Below are positions 1 through 8,211 of a stretch of DNA of 32,798 bases, piece by piece. The notes beneath the pieces are model-generated. The model did no database searches. It was given only the letters and a program-made list of their open reading frames with translations, and was not told the DNA's origin. Source of the DNA: Candidatus Methylomirabilia bacterium (GTDB lineage: Bacteria; Methylomirabilota; Methylomirabilia; Rokubacteriales; CSP1-6). The stretch lies in assembly GCA_046758965.1 (NCBI GenBank), contig JBHIBG010000025.1, positions 1-32,798 of the forward strand, written 5' to 3'. The number at the start of each line of letters is the position of its first letter. Position 1 is the stretch's first letter. The translations under genes were made by a program, and so were the position numbers.

Positions 1-197
1 AGTTTCAGGCGGCCGCCAAGCTCTCCGAGGCCGCGGAGGTGCTGGGGCGGTACCCCATCGCCGTCCAGCTTCGGTTCCTTCAGACCATGCGCGAGGTGCC
101 CTCGCGGCAGAACATCACCACCTTCTTCCCGACCCCTATTGACCTCTTCAGCGCGCTCGCGAACCGGAGTGGGGTCCCCCACACTAGCGACCGGTAG
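1..197 (+). CDS. SPFH/band-7 (slipin/stomatin-like) protein, C-terminal fragment truncated by the window edge
   Basis: Manual translation from base 3: FQAAAKLSEAAEVLGRYPIAVQLRFLQTMREVPSRQNITTFFPTPIDLF...TAG(195-197). Matches the typical slipin C-terminus (AxxLxEAAxxL...ALQLRYLQTL...T.vFPxP.dl). Confidence 0.85.
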   Translation, partial: FQAAAKLSEAAEVLGRYPIAVQLRFLQTMREVPSRQNITTFFPTPIDLFSALANRSGVPHTSDR

Positions 198-568
198 GCG
201 CTTGTTTGAGTAGGCCGTTGTTGCTTTCAGGAGGGGCTTGGGCTCAAAGCGTGTCAGGCCAGTGGCCGGGAGAGAATCGAAGGAGGACCCCCGAAGGCAG
301 GCAACAGCGGCCCATATCACCTGTAGTTGCCACCCTTCCTTGACGGTACGGAAGTTGGAGCGTGGCGTGAACGGAGTGGTAGCGGGGAGAGTGAACGCCT
401 AAACACTGAGTTGAGTGATCATGGGGTGGCGAATACTGCAGCGGTCTTGGATGAGGGAGCCGTCGCCGTGGATAGGGTGCTGGAGTCTCCTGCGGATATC
501 GCCAGTAGTGACAGGTACGAGAAGCCTCGTACTAGGCTCTTGCCAAGGGGAAGGCTCTGTGAGCCGCA

Positions 569-1594
569 GTGTGTTTTGGAAAAATGTTCTCCAAGAACCT
601 CGCCATTGATCTGGGTACTGCCAGCACCCTCGTGTACGTCCAGGGGTACGGGATCGTCCTCAACGAGCCTTCCATCGTAGCCATCAACCAGAAGGACAAC
701 TCCGTCCTGAGTGTCGGGCACGAGGCCAAGGCGATGTTGGGCCGGGCTCCAGGCACTGTCCGCGTCATCCGCCCGTTGCAGGAAGGGGTCATTGCCGATT
801 TCGACATCACCGAGAAGATGTTGAACCACTTCATCGGGAAGGTTCACCGGCGCCGGCCCCTCGTAGGGCCGCGCATTGTGGTCGCCGTGCCGTCCGGTAT
901 CACTCAGGTGGAGAGGCGGGCCGTGGGCGACTCCGCCATGCAGGCCGGAGCGCACGAGGTCTACCTGATCGAGGAGCCGATAGCAGCTGCTCTGGGGGCC
1001 AGCCTACCTGTTGCGGAGCCGGGCGGCAACATGGTCGTCGACATCGGTGCGGGCACCACGGAGGTCGCCGTAATCTCCCTCTCGGGGATTGTGTACTGCA
1101 AGTCCGTGCGGATCGCGGGCGATGAGATGGATGAGGCCATCATGCGGCACACCAGGAAGCACTACAACCTCTTGATAGGCGAGCGGCAAGCCGAAGAGAT
1201 CAAGATCGAGCTAGGGTCCGCGTATCCCGTTGACAGCAAGCGCCAGACCTTGCAGGTCAAGGGCCGCGACTTCATCGACGGTCTCCCCAAGACCATTGCC
1301 ATGAGTGAGGGGGAGGTCCGCGAGGCCCTCCGCGAACCCGTCAGCATCATCGTCGAAGCAATCCGCACCTGTCTGGAGCAGACACCGCCGGAACTGGCGG
1401 CGGACATCGTGGAAGTAGGGTTCGTGCTCACGGGAGGCGGAGCGCTGCTCCGGGGGCTGGATGTGCGTCTCCGGGAAGAGACCCAGCTTCCCGTTTCGGT
1501 CAGTGACGAGCCCCTGACCTGCGTGGCCCGTGGGGCCGGGAAGGTCCTGAGCGAGCTGGACCTGCTTAAGAAGGTTGCGATGAGGAGCGGCTAG
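569..1594 (+). CDS. mreB: Rod shape-determining actin-like ATPase MreB (start GTG 569 or ATG 584)
   Basis: [68 protein letters not shown] and [10 protein letters not shown] are MreB motifs. Confidence 0.95.
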   Translation: MCFGKMFSKNLAIDLGTASTLVYVQGYGIVLNEPSIVAINQKDNSVLSVGHEAKAMLGRAPGTVRVIRPLQEGVIADFDITEKMLNHFIGKVHRRRPLVGPRIVVAVPSGITQVERRAVGDSAMQAGAHEVYLIEEPIAAALGASLPVAEPGGNMVVDIGAGTTEVAVISLSGIVYCKSVRIAGDEMDEAIMRHTRKHYNLLIGERQAEEIKIELGSAYPVDSKRQTLQVKGRDFIDGLPKTIAMSEGEVREALREPVSIIVEAIRTCLEQTPPELAADIVEVGFVLTGGGALLRGLDVRLREETQLPVSVSDEPLTCVARGAGKVLSELDLLKKVAMRSG

Positions 1595-2146
1595 AGCGGT
1601 TGACTCGCAGAAAAGGCCTGGCGTTGCCGCGCGATCTGGAAGCTCTGATCCGGGGGGGAACGGGTTTCCGCGGCCCTGGCAGGGATTACGTCGGGAGCGC
1701 TACGGCGCAAACGGCATGCGCTCGAGTACCCTGTGCCTTGCCAGAATGTGATCGCGCGCCGGAGCTGAGGCCTGTCCAACCACCCAGCATGGGGTGCGGT
1801 TGAGCTCGACGGGTGTGCCGCATCCACATGGGCGTGGAAGGTGCGGATCAATCGACGGATCCACTCAGGTTTATTTCGGTTGTCATTCGTAATCAGCAGG
1901 GCGCCTGTATGGCAGGCGGCGGTCACGGACCGGCTCATCTCCCGAGCACCCCCGTGACCTGGCCGTGCCTGAATTTGTGCCCATGAGCCTCCGAATGGCT
2001 CTGGAAGACCCCGGTCAATCCCAACATCCACGCTTGGAAATCCTTGTGAACTCTAGCGTGGGACGGCACTCCGGGCACGACTGTGAATCCAGAAACAGCC
2101 GGCTCACCATAGCAAGTGCACCGGATCATGAATTCGTTCCGGGTTT

Positions 2147-2335
2147 TTAGGTCCTCGAATCCCTCCGCGGTATCTTGGGTCCAACGGGCTCAATGGACGG
2201 GAACTTCTCTGGGCGCCGAGGACCCAAACCGCGGGTCAACGGGGAGATTTCCAGCTCACTCTCAAGTTCGTCCACGTTGGAGGACCCCAGGCGGTGCAAG
2301 GTGGAGATGACCGCGCCCTGATGAAAATCACTCAT
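2147..2335 (-). pseudogene. Truncated N-terminal remnant resembling a glucosyl-3-phosphoglycerate synthase-like glycosyltransferase
   Basis: The first ~28 aa (MSDFHQGAVISTLHRLGSSNVDELESELE) resemble the M.DF.Q.G.I.TLH.L...LE.EL N-terminus recalled for this family. The sequence then diverges and stops at 62 aa. An AAGGA-type RBS lies upstream. Confidence 0.55.
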
Positions 2336-2684
2336 AGTCGGGTCCTTTCATCTGCGGTTTCGCAAATCTCGCGTTCTCGGTTTCGACGGCTTCGGAAGAG
2401 TCCCACCGGGCGTGCTCCCACCCCTCATTGCGCCAGGATGCCATGAACCTCGCCGGAAGGCTAGCTTATCTTTGACAGTACGGAGCGAGTTCCCTAGACG
2501 CACCGTACCTCCTCTCGGTAACCCGGACCAGCTTCTGGCACGCCGTGATCCGACTCTTCAAGAGCGAGAAAAGCACTCCCGTACAATGGGCTTGACTCCT
2601 CGGTTGCGGCGACTATAAGAAGGGGTGAGAGCGGGCCTCGGGTTACCCTCGAGAGCCTCAGTACAGCCCGTCCGGAGCGATCTT

Positions 2685-4100
2685 ATGACTGAGCTGGTTT
2701 GGAAACCGATCACGGAGCTCGCCCGTCTGATTGCGGAGAGACAGATCTCTCCCGTGGAGGTGGTCCAGGCTCACCTCCATCGGATAGAGGCCCTGGACCC
2801 GAAGCTCAGAGCCTTCATCACGCTCTGCCAGGACGAAGCGCTGGCTGCCGCCAAGGTTGCTGAGGCGGCTGTCGTAGGCGGTCAACGCCTCGGCCGGCTC
2901 CACGGGATCCCCATCGGGCTCAAGGACCTTTACGCCACCCGGGGCATCAGGACTACCGGAGGCTCGAAGATCCTGGCAGAGTGGGTGCCTGATGAGGACG
3001 CCACGGTGGTGGTCCGGCTAAAGGAGGCGGGGGCCGTCATTGTTGGCAAGCTCAACATGCACGAGTTCGCATATGGTCCCGAGGGAGTCAACTCCCGCTA
3101 CGGGACATCGTGGAACCCCTGGGATCCTCGCACGCACCGGATCCCGGGCGGCTCCTCGTCGGGGTCCGGAGTGTCAGTGGCTACCGGGCTCTGCGCCGGG
3201 GCACTCGGATCTGATACCGGAGGGTCTGTCCGGATCCCGTCAGCGCTCTGCGGGATCACCGGACTCAAACCGACGTACGGGCGGGTGAGTCGGGCTGGGG
3301 TGCTTCCTCTGGCCTGGTCTCTGGACCATGTCGGCCCGATGACGCGGAGCGCTGCCGACTCGGCCTTGATGCTTTCGGCGATGGCCGGCTCCGACCCGAA
3401 GGACCCCACGACAAGCACGCTTCCTGTCACCGACTGCATGCCAGCCCTGACCGGGAAGGTGACGGGGCTTCGCGTGGGCTTGCTCCGGACCTTCTTTCTC
3501 GAGGCGGCGGACCAGGAGGTGCGTCAGGCCGTGGAACAGGCCTCGAAGGCCCTTGAGAAGCTGGGGGCCACGGTCGAAGAGACGTCACTGCCGACGGCAG
3601 CGCACGCAGCCGCAGCCGCGATAGCGATCCTCTCTGCGGAGGCCCTCACCTACCACGAGGCCTGGATGAAGTCACGGCCCGGGGACTACTCCGAAGATGT
3701 CAGGCAGCGGCTCCAGACAGGTGCGTTCATCTCCGCAACCCAGTATCTCAGGTGTCAGCAAGTGCGCGCCCTCTTCCGGAGCGAGGTCGACCAGCGGCTG
3801 GCCAGGTTTGATGTGCTGATCGCTCCGACCACCTCCATCGTGGCTACGCCCGTGGGGCAGACGGAGGTGGCTGTGGGGGGTGCGAAGCAGGATGTCCGGG
3901 CCAGCCTCGTCCGCTTCACCCGGGTCTTCAATCTCTCGGGCCATCCGGTCTGCTCGGTCCCGTGCGGCTTCACCCGGGCCGGCCTCCCCGTCGGGATGCA
4001 GATCGTGGGGCGTCCCTTCGACGAAGCCATGGTCCTCCGGGTAGCTGACGCCTACCAGCGCGCCACTGACTGGCATACGAGGCGACCGCCGGTGGCATGA
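2685..4100 (+). CDS. Amidase signature family protein (GatA-like amidase)
   Basis: KDLY (catalytic Lys), PGGSSSGS and GSDTGGSVRIPS (Ser-cisSer-Lys triad), GLKPTYGRVS. GGAG RBS before ATG 2685. No gatB/gatC adjacent, so not called gatA. Confidence 0.92.
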   Translation: MTELVWKPITELARLIAERQISPVEVVQAHLHRIEALDPKLRAFITLCQDEALAAAKVAEAAVVGGQRLGRLHGIPIGLKDLYATRGIRTTGGSKILAEWVPDEDATVVVRLKEAGAVIVGKLNMHEFAYGPEGVNSRYGTSWNPWDPRTHRIPGGSSSGSGVSVATGLCAGALGSDTGGSVRIPSALCGITGLKPTYGRVSRAGVLPLAWSLDHVGPMTRSAADSALMLSAMAGSDPKDPTTSTLPVTDCMPALTGKVTGLRVGLLRTFFLEAADQEVRQAVEQASKALEKLGATVEETSLPTAAHAAAAAIAILSAEALTYHEAWMKSRPGDYSEDVRQRLQTGAFISATQYLRCQQVRALFRSEVDQRLARFDVLIAPTTSIVATPVGQTEVAVGGAKQDVRASLVRFTRVFNLSGHPVCSVPCGFTRAGLPVGMQIVGRPFDEAMVLRVADAYQRATDWHTRRPPVA

Positions 4101-4127
4101 ACATGTCGGGTATGTTAGGATCTCGCC

Positions 4128-4529
4128 ATGGACTCGAAGATCCTTGATCAGCGACTCGCCACGCTTGAATCTCGGCTGGCACGGCTTGAATTCCTCCTCG
4201 AGGAGCTGGGCCGGAAGCTGGAGCAGAGCCAGCTCAACACGGAGACGGCCAAGGAGGGGATCAAGGCCTGGGTCACGGACTACGTCTCCCTCCGTCTCAC
4301 CCAGCTTGTCCCCGAGACGTGCGAGCACGTTCTCGAGGCTCCAACCGCCGAGGGGCCCGTCCTTCCTGGAACGCGGGTCCGTTGCACAGAGGAGGTGGTC
4401 CACCGTCTAGGCCGGATCCCGATCCCGTTCGTCCGCCAGATGGTGACGCAGAAGGTCGCTGACACCGCGCGGGCCGAGGGGGTCGCCCTGGTTGACATCA
4501 CCTTCTTCGAGCGGGCGGCCACCTTCTGA
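4128..4529 (+). CDS. Hypothetical protein with N-terminal coiled coil and C-terminal PCP_red-like (BchB/ChlB C-terminal-like) domain
   Basis: C-terminal TEEVVHRLGRIPIPFVRQMVTQKVADTARAEGVALVDITFF fits the W/xT.EA...L..IP.FVR.......E..A...G...IT pattern. The N-terminus has heptad leucines. Confidence 0.65.
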   Translation: MDSKILDQRLATLESRLARLEFLLEELGRKLEQSQLNTETAKEGIKAWVTDYVSLRLTQLVPETCEHVLEAPTAEGPVLPGTRVRCTEEVVHRLGRIPIPFVRQMVTQKVADTARAEGVALVDITFFERAATF

Positions 4530-4606
4530 CAGTGCAAGCTCTCGGGGGAGGATCTCCTGACCTTTCAGCACTGGCAGAAGCACCTGGCGGTGGGCCCTAG
4601 CTTTCG

Positions 4607-4891
4607 ATGACCGAGTCTGCCGACGAACCTGTCCTCCTTCCGATCGAGGACTCTCTGGACCTCCACACCTTCGCGCCGCGTGAGATCCCCTCGGTCGTGA
4701 ACGAGTACCTGTACGAGGCGTGTCGTCGCGGCTTTTCGGAGATCAGGCTGATCCACGGGAGAGGGAAGGGGGTGCAGCGGGTCGTCGTCCAGTCGCTGTT
4801 GGCAACTCATCCGATGGTGGCCCGCTTCTTCGACGCCCCGACCGAGCGCGGCGGCTGGGGCGCGACGGTGGTCCTCCTGCGCCCGCGCTAG
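4607..4891 (+). CDS. Stand-alone Smr (small MutS-related) domain protein
   Basis: LDLH, IHGRGKG and GGWGATVV motifs of Smr domains. Confidence 0.88.
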   Translation: MTESADEPVLLPIEDSLDLHTFAPREIPSVVNEYLYEACRRGFSEIRLIHGRGKGVQRVVVQSLLATHPMVARFFDAPTERGGWGATVVLLRPR

Positions 4892-5031
4892 CCCGGTTGT
4901 TTGCCCACCAGCTGCACGCTTCGGCCCCCACTCGGTAGGACGCCGTAATAGGCCGCTCGAGCTCCGGGCCACCCGCACGGGTCCGCCTGGTCACGTAGCC
5001 CCCAGCCCTGGCTGCGAACTGCGACTGTACC

Positions 5032-5238
5032 CTAGCCGGGCTTCTCGGACTCTGGGTCGGTCTGGATCTTGCCTAGCCCGGCCAGATGCCGGAAGAGAAA
5101 GTCGCTGTCCAGCGGGGAGAGGTCGAACCGCCGGCTGGCCTCGTCCAGGAGCTTGACGCGGTCAGCGCCGGGGTTGTCACTGAGTTGCTCATCGAGCCAC
5201 TTCACAGCCTGCCTGATCGGGGCCTCACCCGCTGCCAT
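5032..5238 (-). CDS. Small hypothetical helical protein (68 aa)
   Basis: Strong GGAGGTG RBS before the ATG. Lies 31 nt after the permease stop. Protein-like sequence (AVKWLDEQ...LLDEASRRFDLSP.D.DFL). Confidence 0.75.
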   Translation of the reverse strand: MAAGEAPIRQAVKWLDEQLSDNPGADRVKLLDEASRRFDLSPLDSDFLFRHLAGLGKIQTDPESEKPG

Positions 5239-5269
5239 CGGTTCACCTCCGTGTTCTTCTTATACCACT

Positions 5270-6949
5270 TCAGACGACTTCGACGCGTTGAATCTTCCGG
5301 CGCGCCGCCGCGATGGCGCTGGCGACGATCACAGACGAGACTCCCAGGGCGAGGAGCAGCAGCCCCCAGGGGGAGCGGCCATCGAAGACGGCCAGGGTCA
5401 TGCGCTGGGCGAGCCATCCCCCTATTGCCACGTAGCCCAGGCAGACGAAGGTGGTTGCCAGCCCCCCCGCGCTCGTGGCCAAGCTCTCCGGCTTGGACTC
5501 GGTGAAGTTGGGCCAGATCGCCCCGAAAGCGAGGGCGACCGCCACGGTGGTCACGGTGACCAGGGCGAGCAGGATGGCGAGGGCGACGAAGAGCGTGGGG
5601 GAGGGGCTGAACCGGAGCGCCCCGGCCAGCGCGATGCTCCCGACCACGAGGAAGAGGAGTACAGCGTAAAGGGCCAGCTTGGCGAGGAAGAGCCTGAAGA
5701 CTCTGACGGGGCTCGCGAAGAGCACCCATGCGGCCCGCCCTTCCAGGGAGAGGCTCGGGAAGACGAAGCGAAGGCCGAAGGCCGTGAGGAAGTAGCCGGC
5801 CGCCGCGAAGTTCAGGAGGGAAAGCCGCGCTACCGTCTCGTGTTTCTCTGCCACCTCGCGGAGCGGGGCGGCGAAGAGGAAGGCGATGTACAGCGCGAGG
5901 AGGAAGAGAAGGAAACCCGCGTGCCCGAGCTCCCGGGGACTCCGGCTGAGGCGAAGGAGATCGCGCTCGAGCAGGCAGCCCACGGGGCCGCTGAACAGGC
6001 GGGGGAACTGCCTTCGGCGAGTGGGCGCCGCCGTGTCCCCGCCCCCGGCAAGGAGAAACCCCTCCGCTACGAGTGGCAGCGTTCGGCGGTAGAGCCAGCG
6101 CCCGGGGAATGCAGCGAGAGCCACGACGAGCAGCGGCCCCAGCCAGAGAGCCGCCCGGCTTGTCCCGGTGCCCGCGGGGCGGCCGGTGGCGCTGGCGTAA
6201 AAGGTGACGGCGAACGGGTGACTGGGCCAGAGGCTGAACTTGGCTTCGATGAATTTGATGGAGTCGGGTTTGCCGTTGAGGATTCCGGGCTCGAAAATGG
6301 CGACGAAGTCGTTCGTCGAGGGGATGACGTCGCGGCCGATGAGAAGCGCGAACCCCCCCAGGAGGAACAAGCTCACAACGAAGGTGGCGGTGCGGATCCT
6401 GAGCCGACGGAATGCTGCCCCCGCCAGGGTGGTCAGGACGGCGCCCGCCCCGCCGGCAAATGCCATGAACAGCACGAGGACCCCGAGGGCGTGGAGGTAG
6501 TATCCGGCACCGCTCCCGTAGCTCGCCCCCAGGGCCAAGAGGGCGGGGATTCCCAGGATCACGGAGGCCCAAAGGGTGAGCGCGAAGGTCTCGATCACCC
6601 GCAGCCAGTAGAGCGTCGTCAGACGCAGCGGGGTGGAGAGGAGGAGCGAGGTGTCAGGGGCGTGGTAGAAGATCCAGAGTCCGGAGACCACGTAGCTCAT
6701 CAGGGCGAGGACCCAGACCAGCACCAGGAACGTCTCGAGGGTGTAGAGCGTGAGGGCTGGCCCCGCAGCGCCGAGCTCGCGGCTGATCGCCCTGAAGCCG
6801 CGCAGGAAGATCTCGTACTCCCCTACCGTCACGAGGGCGAGGAGCAGGGCAAAGGCGCCCATGACGGCGATCTTTGCCCCCTGCCGGTCCTTGACACTCT
6901 CGCGCACCGCCGCCAGACGGCGCGCGAGGAGGACCAGGATGACCGTCAT
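5270..6949 (-). CDS. Putative ABC transporter permease (large multi-pass membrane subunit)
   Basis: 559 aa with many hydrophobic segments. Its ATG overlaps the ATPase stop codon (ATGA coupling). Confidence 0.85.
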   Translation of the reverse strand: MTVILVLLARRLAAVRESVKDRQGAKIAVMGAFALLLALVTVGEYEIFLRGFRAISRELGAAGPALTLYTLETFLVLVWVLALMSYVVSGLWIFYHAPDTSLLLSTPLRLTTLYWLRVIETFALTLWASVILGIPALLALGASYGSGAGYYLHALGVLVLFMAFAGGAGAVLTTLAGAAFRRLRIRTATFVVSLFLLGGFALLIGRDVIPSTNDFVAIFEPGILNGKPDSIKFIEAKFSLWPSHPFAVTFYASATGRPAGTGTSRAALWLGPLLVVALAAFPGRWLYRRTLPLVAEGFLLAGGGDTAAPTRRRQFPRLFSGPVGCLLERDLLRLSRSPRELGHAGFLLFLLALYIAFLFAAPLREVAEKHETVARLSLLNFAAAGYFLTAFGLRFVFPSLSLEGRAAWVLFASPVRVFRLFLAKLALYAVLLFLVVGSIALAGALRFSPSPTLFVALAILLALVTVTTVAVALAFGAIWPNFTESKPESLATSAGGLATTFVCLGYVAIGGWLAQRMTLAVFDGRSPWGLLLLALGVSSVIVASAIAAARRKIQRVEVV

Positions 6950-7689
6950 CGAGGGTGGGAGTCGGTGAAGGAGAGGTAGAGGGCCTCCAGCGAGGCCTCG
7001 GGAAGCCCGGCCCCGTGGCGGAGGTCGCTGAGGGTCCCGTCGCAGATCAGGCGTCCATTCTTGAGCAGCCCGAGGCGGTGGCAGACAGCCTCGGCAAAGC
7101 TCAGGGTATGGGTGCAGACCAGCGCGGACCCGCCCGCCTGAGCGAAACGCGTGACCACCTCGCGCGTCCGGATGGCGCTCTGCGGGTCGAGCCCCACGAT
7201 GGGTTCGTCAACAACGAGGAGGCTGGGGGCGTGGAGCAAACTGGCGATAATGGCGAGCTTCTGCTTGTTGCCGCGGGAATAGCTCTCTACGTATTGGTCC
7301 ACGATCTGCCGGATCTGGTAGAGGTCCAGCAGCTCCTCGATCCTCTGCGTCCGGGCCTGGCGGGAGACCCCGTAGAGCTCTCCCACCAGGTGCAGGAATT
7401 CGCGTCCGGACATCTTCTCGTAGACGAAGGGCTCGTCAGGGATATAGCCGAGCCGGCGCTTGCCGGCCTCCGGGTCTCTCGCCAGATCGATCCCGTCGAT
7501 GAGAACTTGGCCCGCGGTCGGCTGATAGAGGCCGGTGACCATCTTGACGGTGGTGGTCTTGCCTGAGCCGTTCGGGCCGATGAGGCCATAGATCTCGCCG
7601 GGCTCCACGCGGAACGAGAGGTCGTCCACGGCGAGGCGGTCGCCGAAGCGCTTGGAGAGCGAGTTGAGAACGAGCCGCGGAAGGCTCAT
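6946..7689 (-). CDS. ABC transporter ATP-binding protein (ABC-2/exporter-like)
   Basis: Walker A GPNGSGKTT, signature variant YSRGNKQK, Walker B LLVVDEP, H-loop CTH. Start reassigned to ATG 7689 behind an AAGGGGG RBS. Confidence 0.92.
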   Translation of the reverse strand: MSLPRLVLNSLSKRFGDRLAVDDLSFRVEPGEIYGLIGPNGSGKTTTVKMVTGLYQPTAGQVLIDGIDLARDPEAGKRRLGYIPDEPFVYEKMSGREFLHLVGELYGVSRQARTQRIEELLDLYQIRQIVDQYVESYSRGNKQKLAIIASLLHAPSLLVVDEPIVGLDPQSAIRTREVVTRFAQAGGSALVCTHTLSFAEAVCHRLGLLKNGRLICDGTLSDLRHGAGLPEASLEALYLSFTDSHPR

Positions 7690-7736
7690 CGCCCCCTTGT
7701 CCGGACTGGGGCGGCGAACGCCAGGAGACGGTATAA

Positions 7737-8033
7737 CTATTTTCCGTCTGTTCGTTCGTAGGTGGTCTTGTAGCTCTTGTTGAGGTCTTCGATCCCCTCG
7801 ATGTACTTGATGGTACTCCAGGTGGCGCGGGCGGCTCCCCGCATGGCGTAGTACAGCGTCTCCATAACTTCGTCGTCGGTAGCGCCGGCCTGCTTCGCAG
7901 CCGCGAAGCGTCCCGGCACTCAAGAGGTGCAGCCGGCCGCGGCCATGGCAGCCAGCGCCACCAGCTGTGTGGTCTTGGGATCCAGCGCGCCTTCTCGGTA
8001 GTACACGCCCGCGAACTCCTTCATGGCGCTCAT
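7737..8033 (-). CDS. AhpD/carboxymuconolactone decarboxylase (CMD)-family selenoprotein, 98 aa, C35-T-S-U38 motif
   Basis: GGAGGAGG RBS, then ATG 8033: MSAMKEFAGVYYREGALDPKTTQLVALAAMAAAGCTS-TGA(7922-7920)-VPGRFAAAKQAGATDDEVMETL... The CMD pattern (GALD.KT..L.ALA...A.GCxxC....A.A...GAT..E..E) continues across the TGA, which sits at the second Cys position. Confidence 0.85.
7882..7919 (-). promoter_or_regulatory. Putative bacterial SECIS element
   Basis: Directly after the UGA: GUGCCGG-GAC-GCUUCGC-[GGCU]-GCGAAGC-AGG-CCGGCGC. Two stems and a G-initiated apical loop beginning 17 nt after the UGA. Confidence 0.75.
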
Positions 8034-8150
8034 CCGCTCCTCCTCCTGGAAAGAAAATTTTTGCCGAGCGCTCTCATTATACCGAAGCGCTGTCGGGCAT
8101 CAAGGAACTGAGCAGGGATCCCTCCCGCCAGGCTTCACGTAAGCTGGGCC

Positions 8151-8208
8151 GCCAATTGGCTCTTTACAAGGCTCAAGAGTTGTGCAAAATGGATGGTACA
8201 GAGAGCCA
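8151..8208 (+). promoter_or_regulatory. Candidate promoter/operator region of the MocR-family gene
   Basis: Palindrome GCCAATTGGC (8151-8160). Inverted pair TGGCTCT (8157-8163)/AGAGCCA (8202-8208) flanks TTTACA-N16-CAAAAT (8163-8190). Confidence 0.4.
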
Positions 8209-8211
8209 CCG

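Noticed and set aside
198..568. Possible ncRNA or small ORF upstream of mreB (GTACGAG/CTCGTAC hairpin near 515-532)
   Set aside because: Only a single short hairpin; no recognisable RNA family or protein motif.
1591..2150. Short overlapping ORFs in the gap after mreB
   Set aside because: No motifs, conflicting frames and atypical composition; none can be supported.
2685..4100. Calling the amidase gatA
   Set aside because: No gatC/gatB neighbours, and the sequence (HEFAYG) fits generic amidases.
5069..6979. 636-aa plus-strand ORF and other long antisense ORFs (e.g. 9683-11257, 27988-29781, 29838-31760)
   Set aside because: Shadow frames of well-supported genes on the opposite strand. They are expected in GC-rich DNA and show no recognisable motifs.
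7690..7923. 78-aa N-terminal extension of the ABC ATPase given by the ORF track
   Set aside because: Overlaps the selenoprotein in another frame. A proper RBS and ATG exist at 7689.
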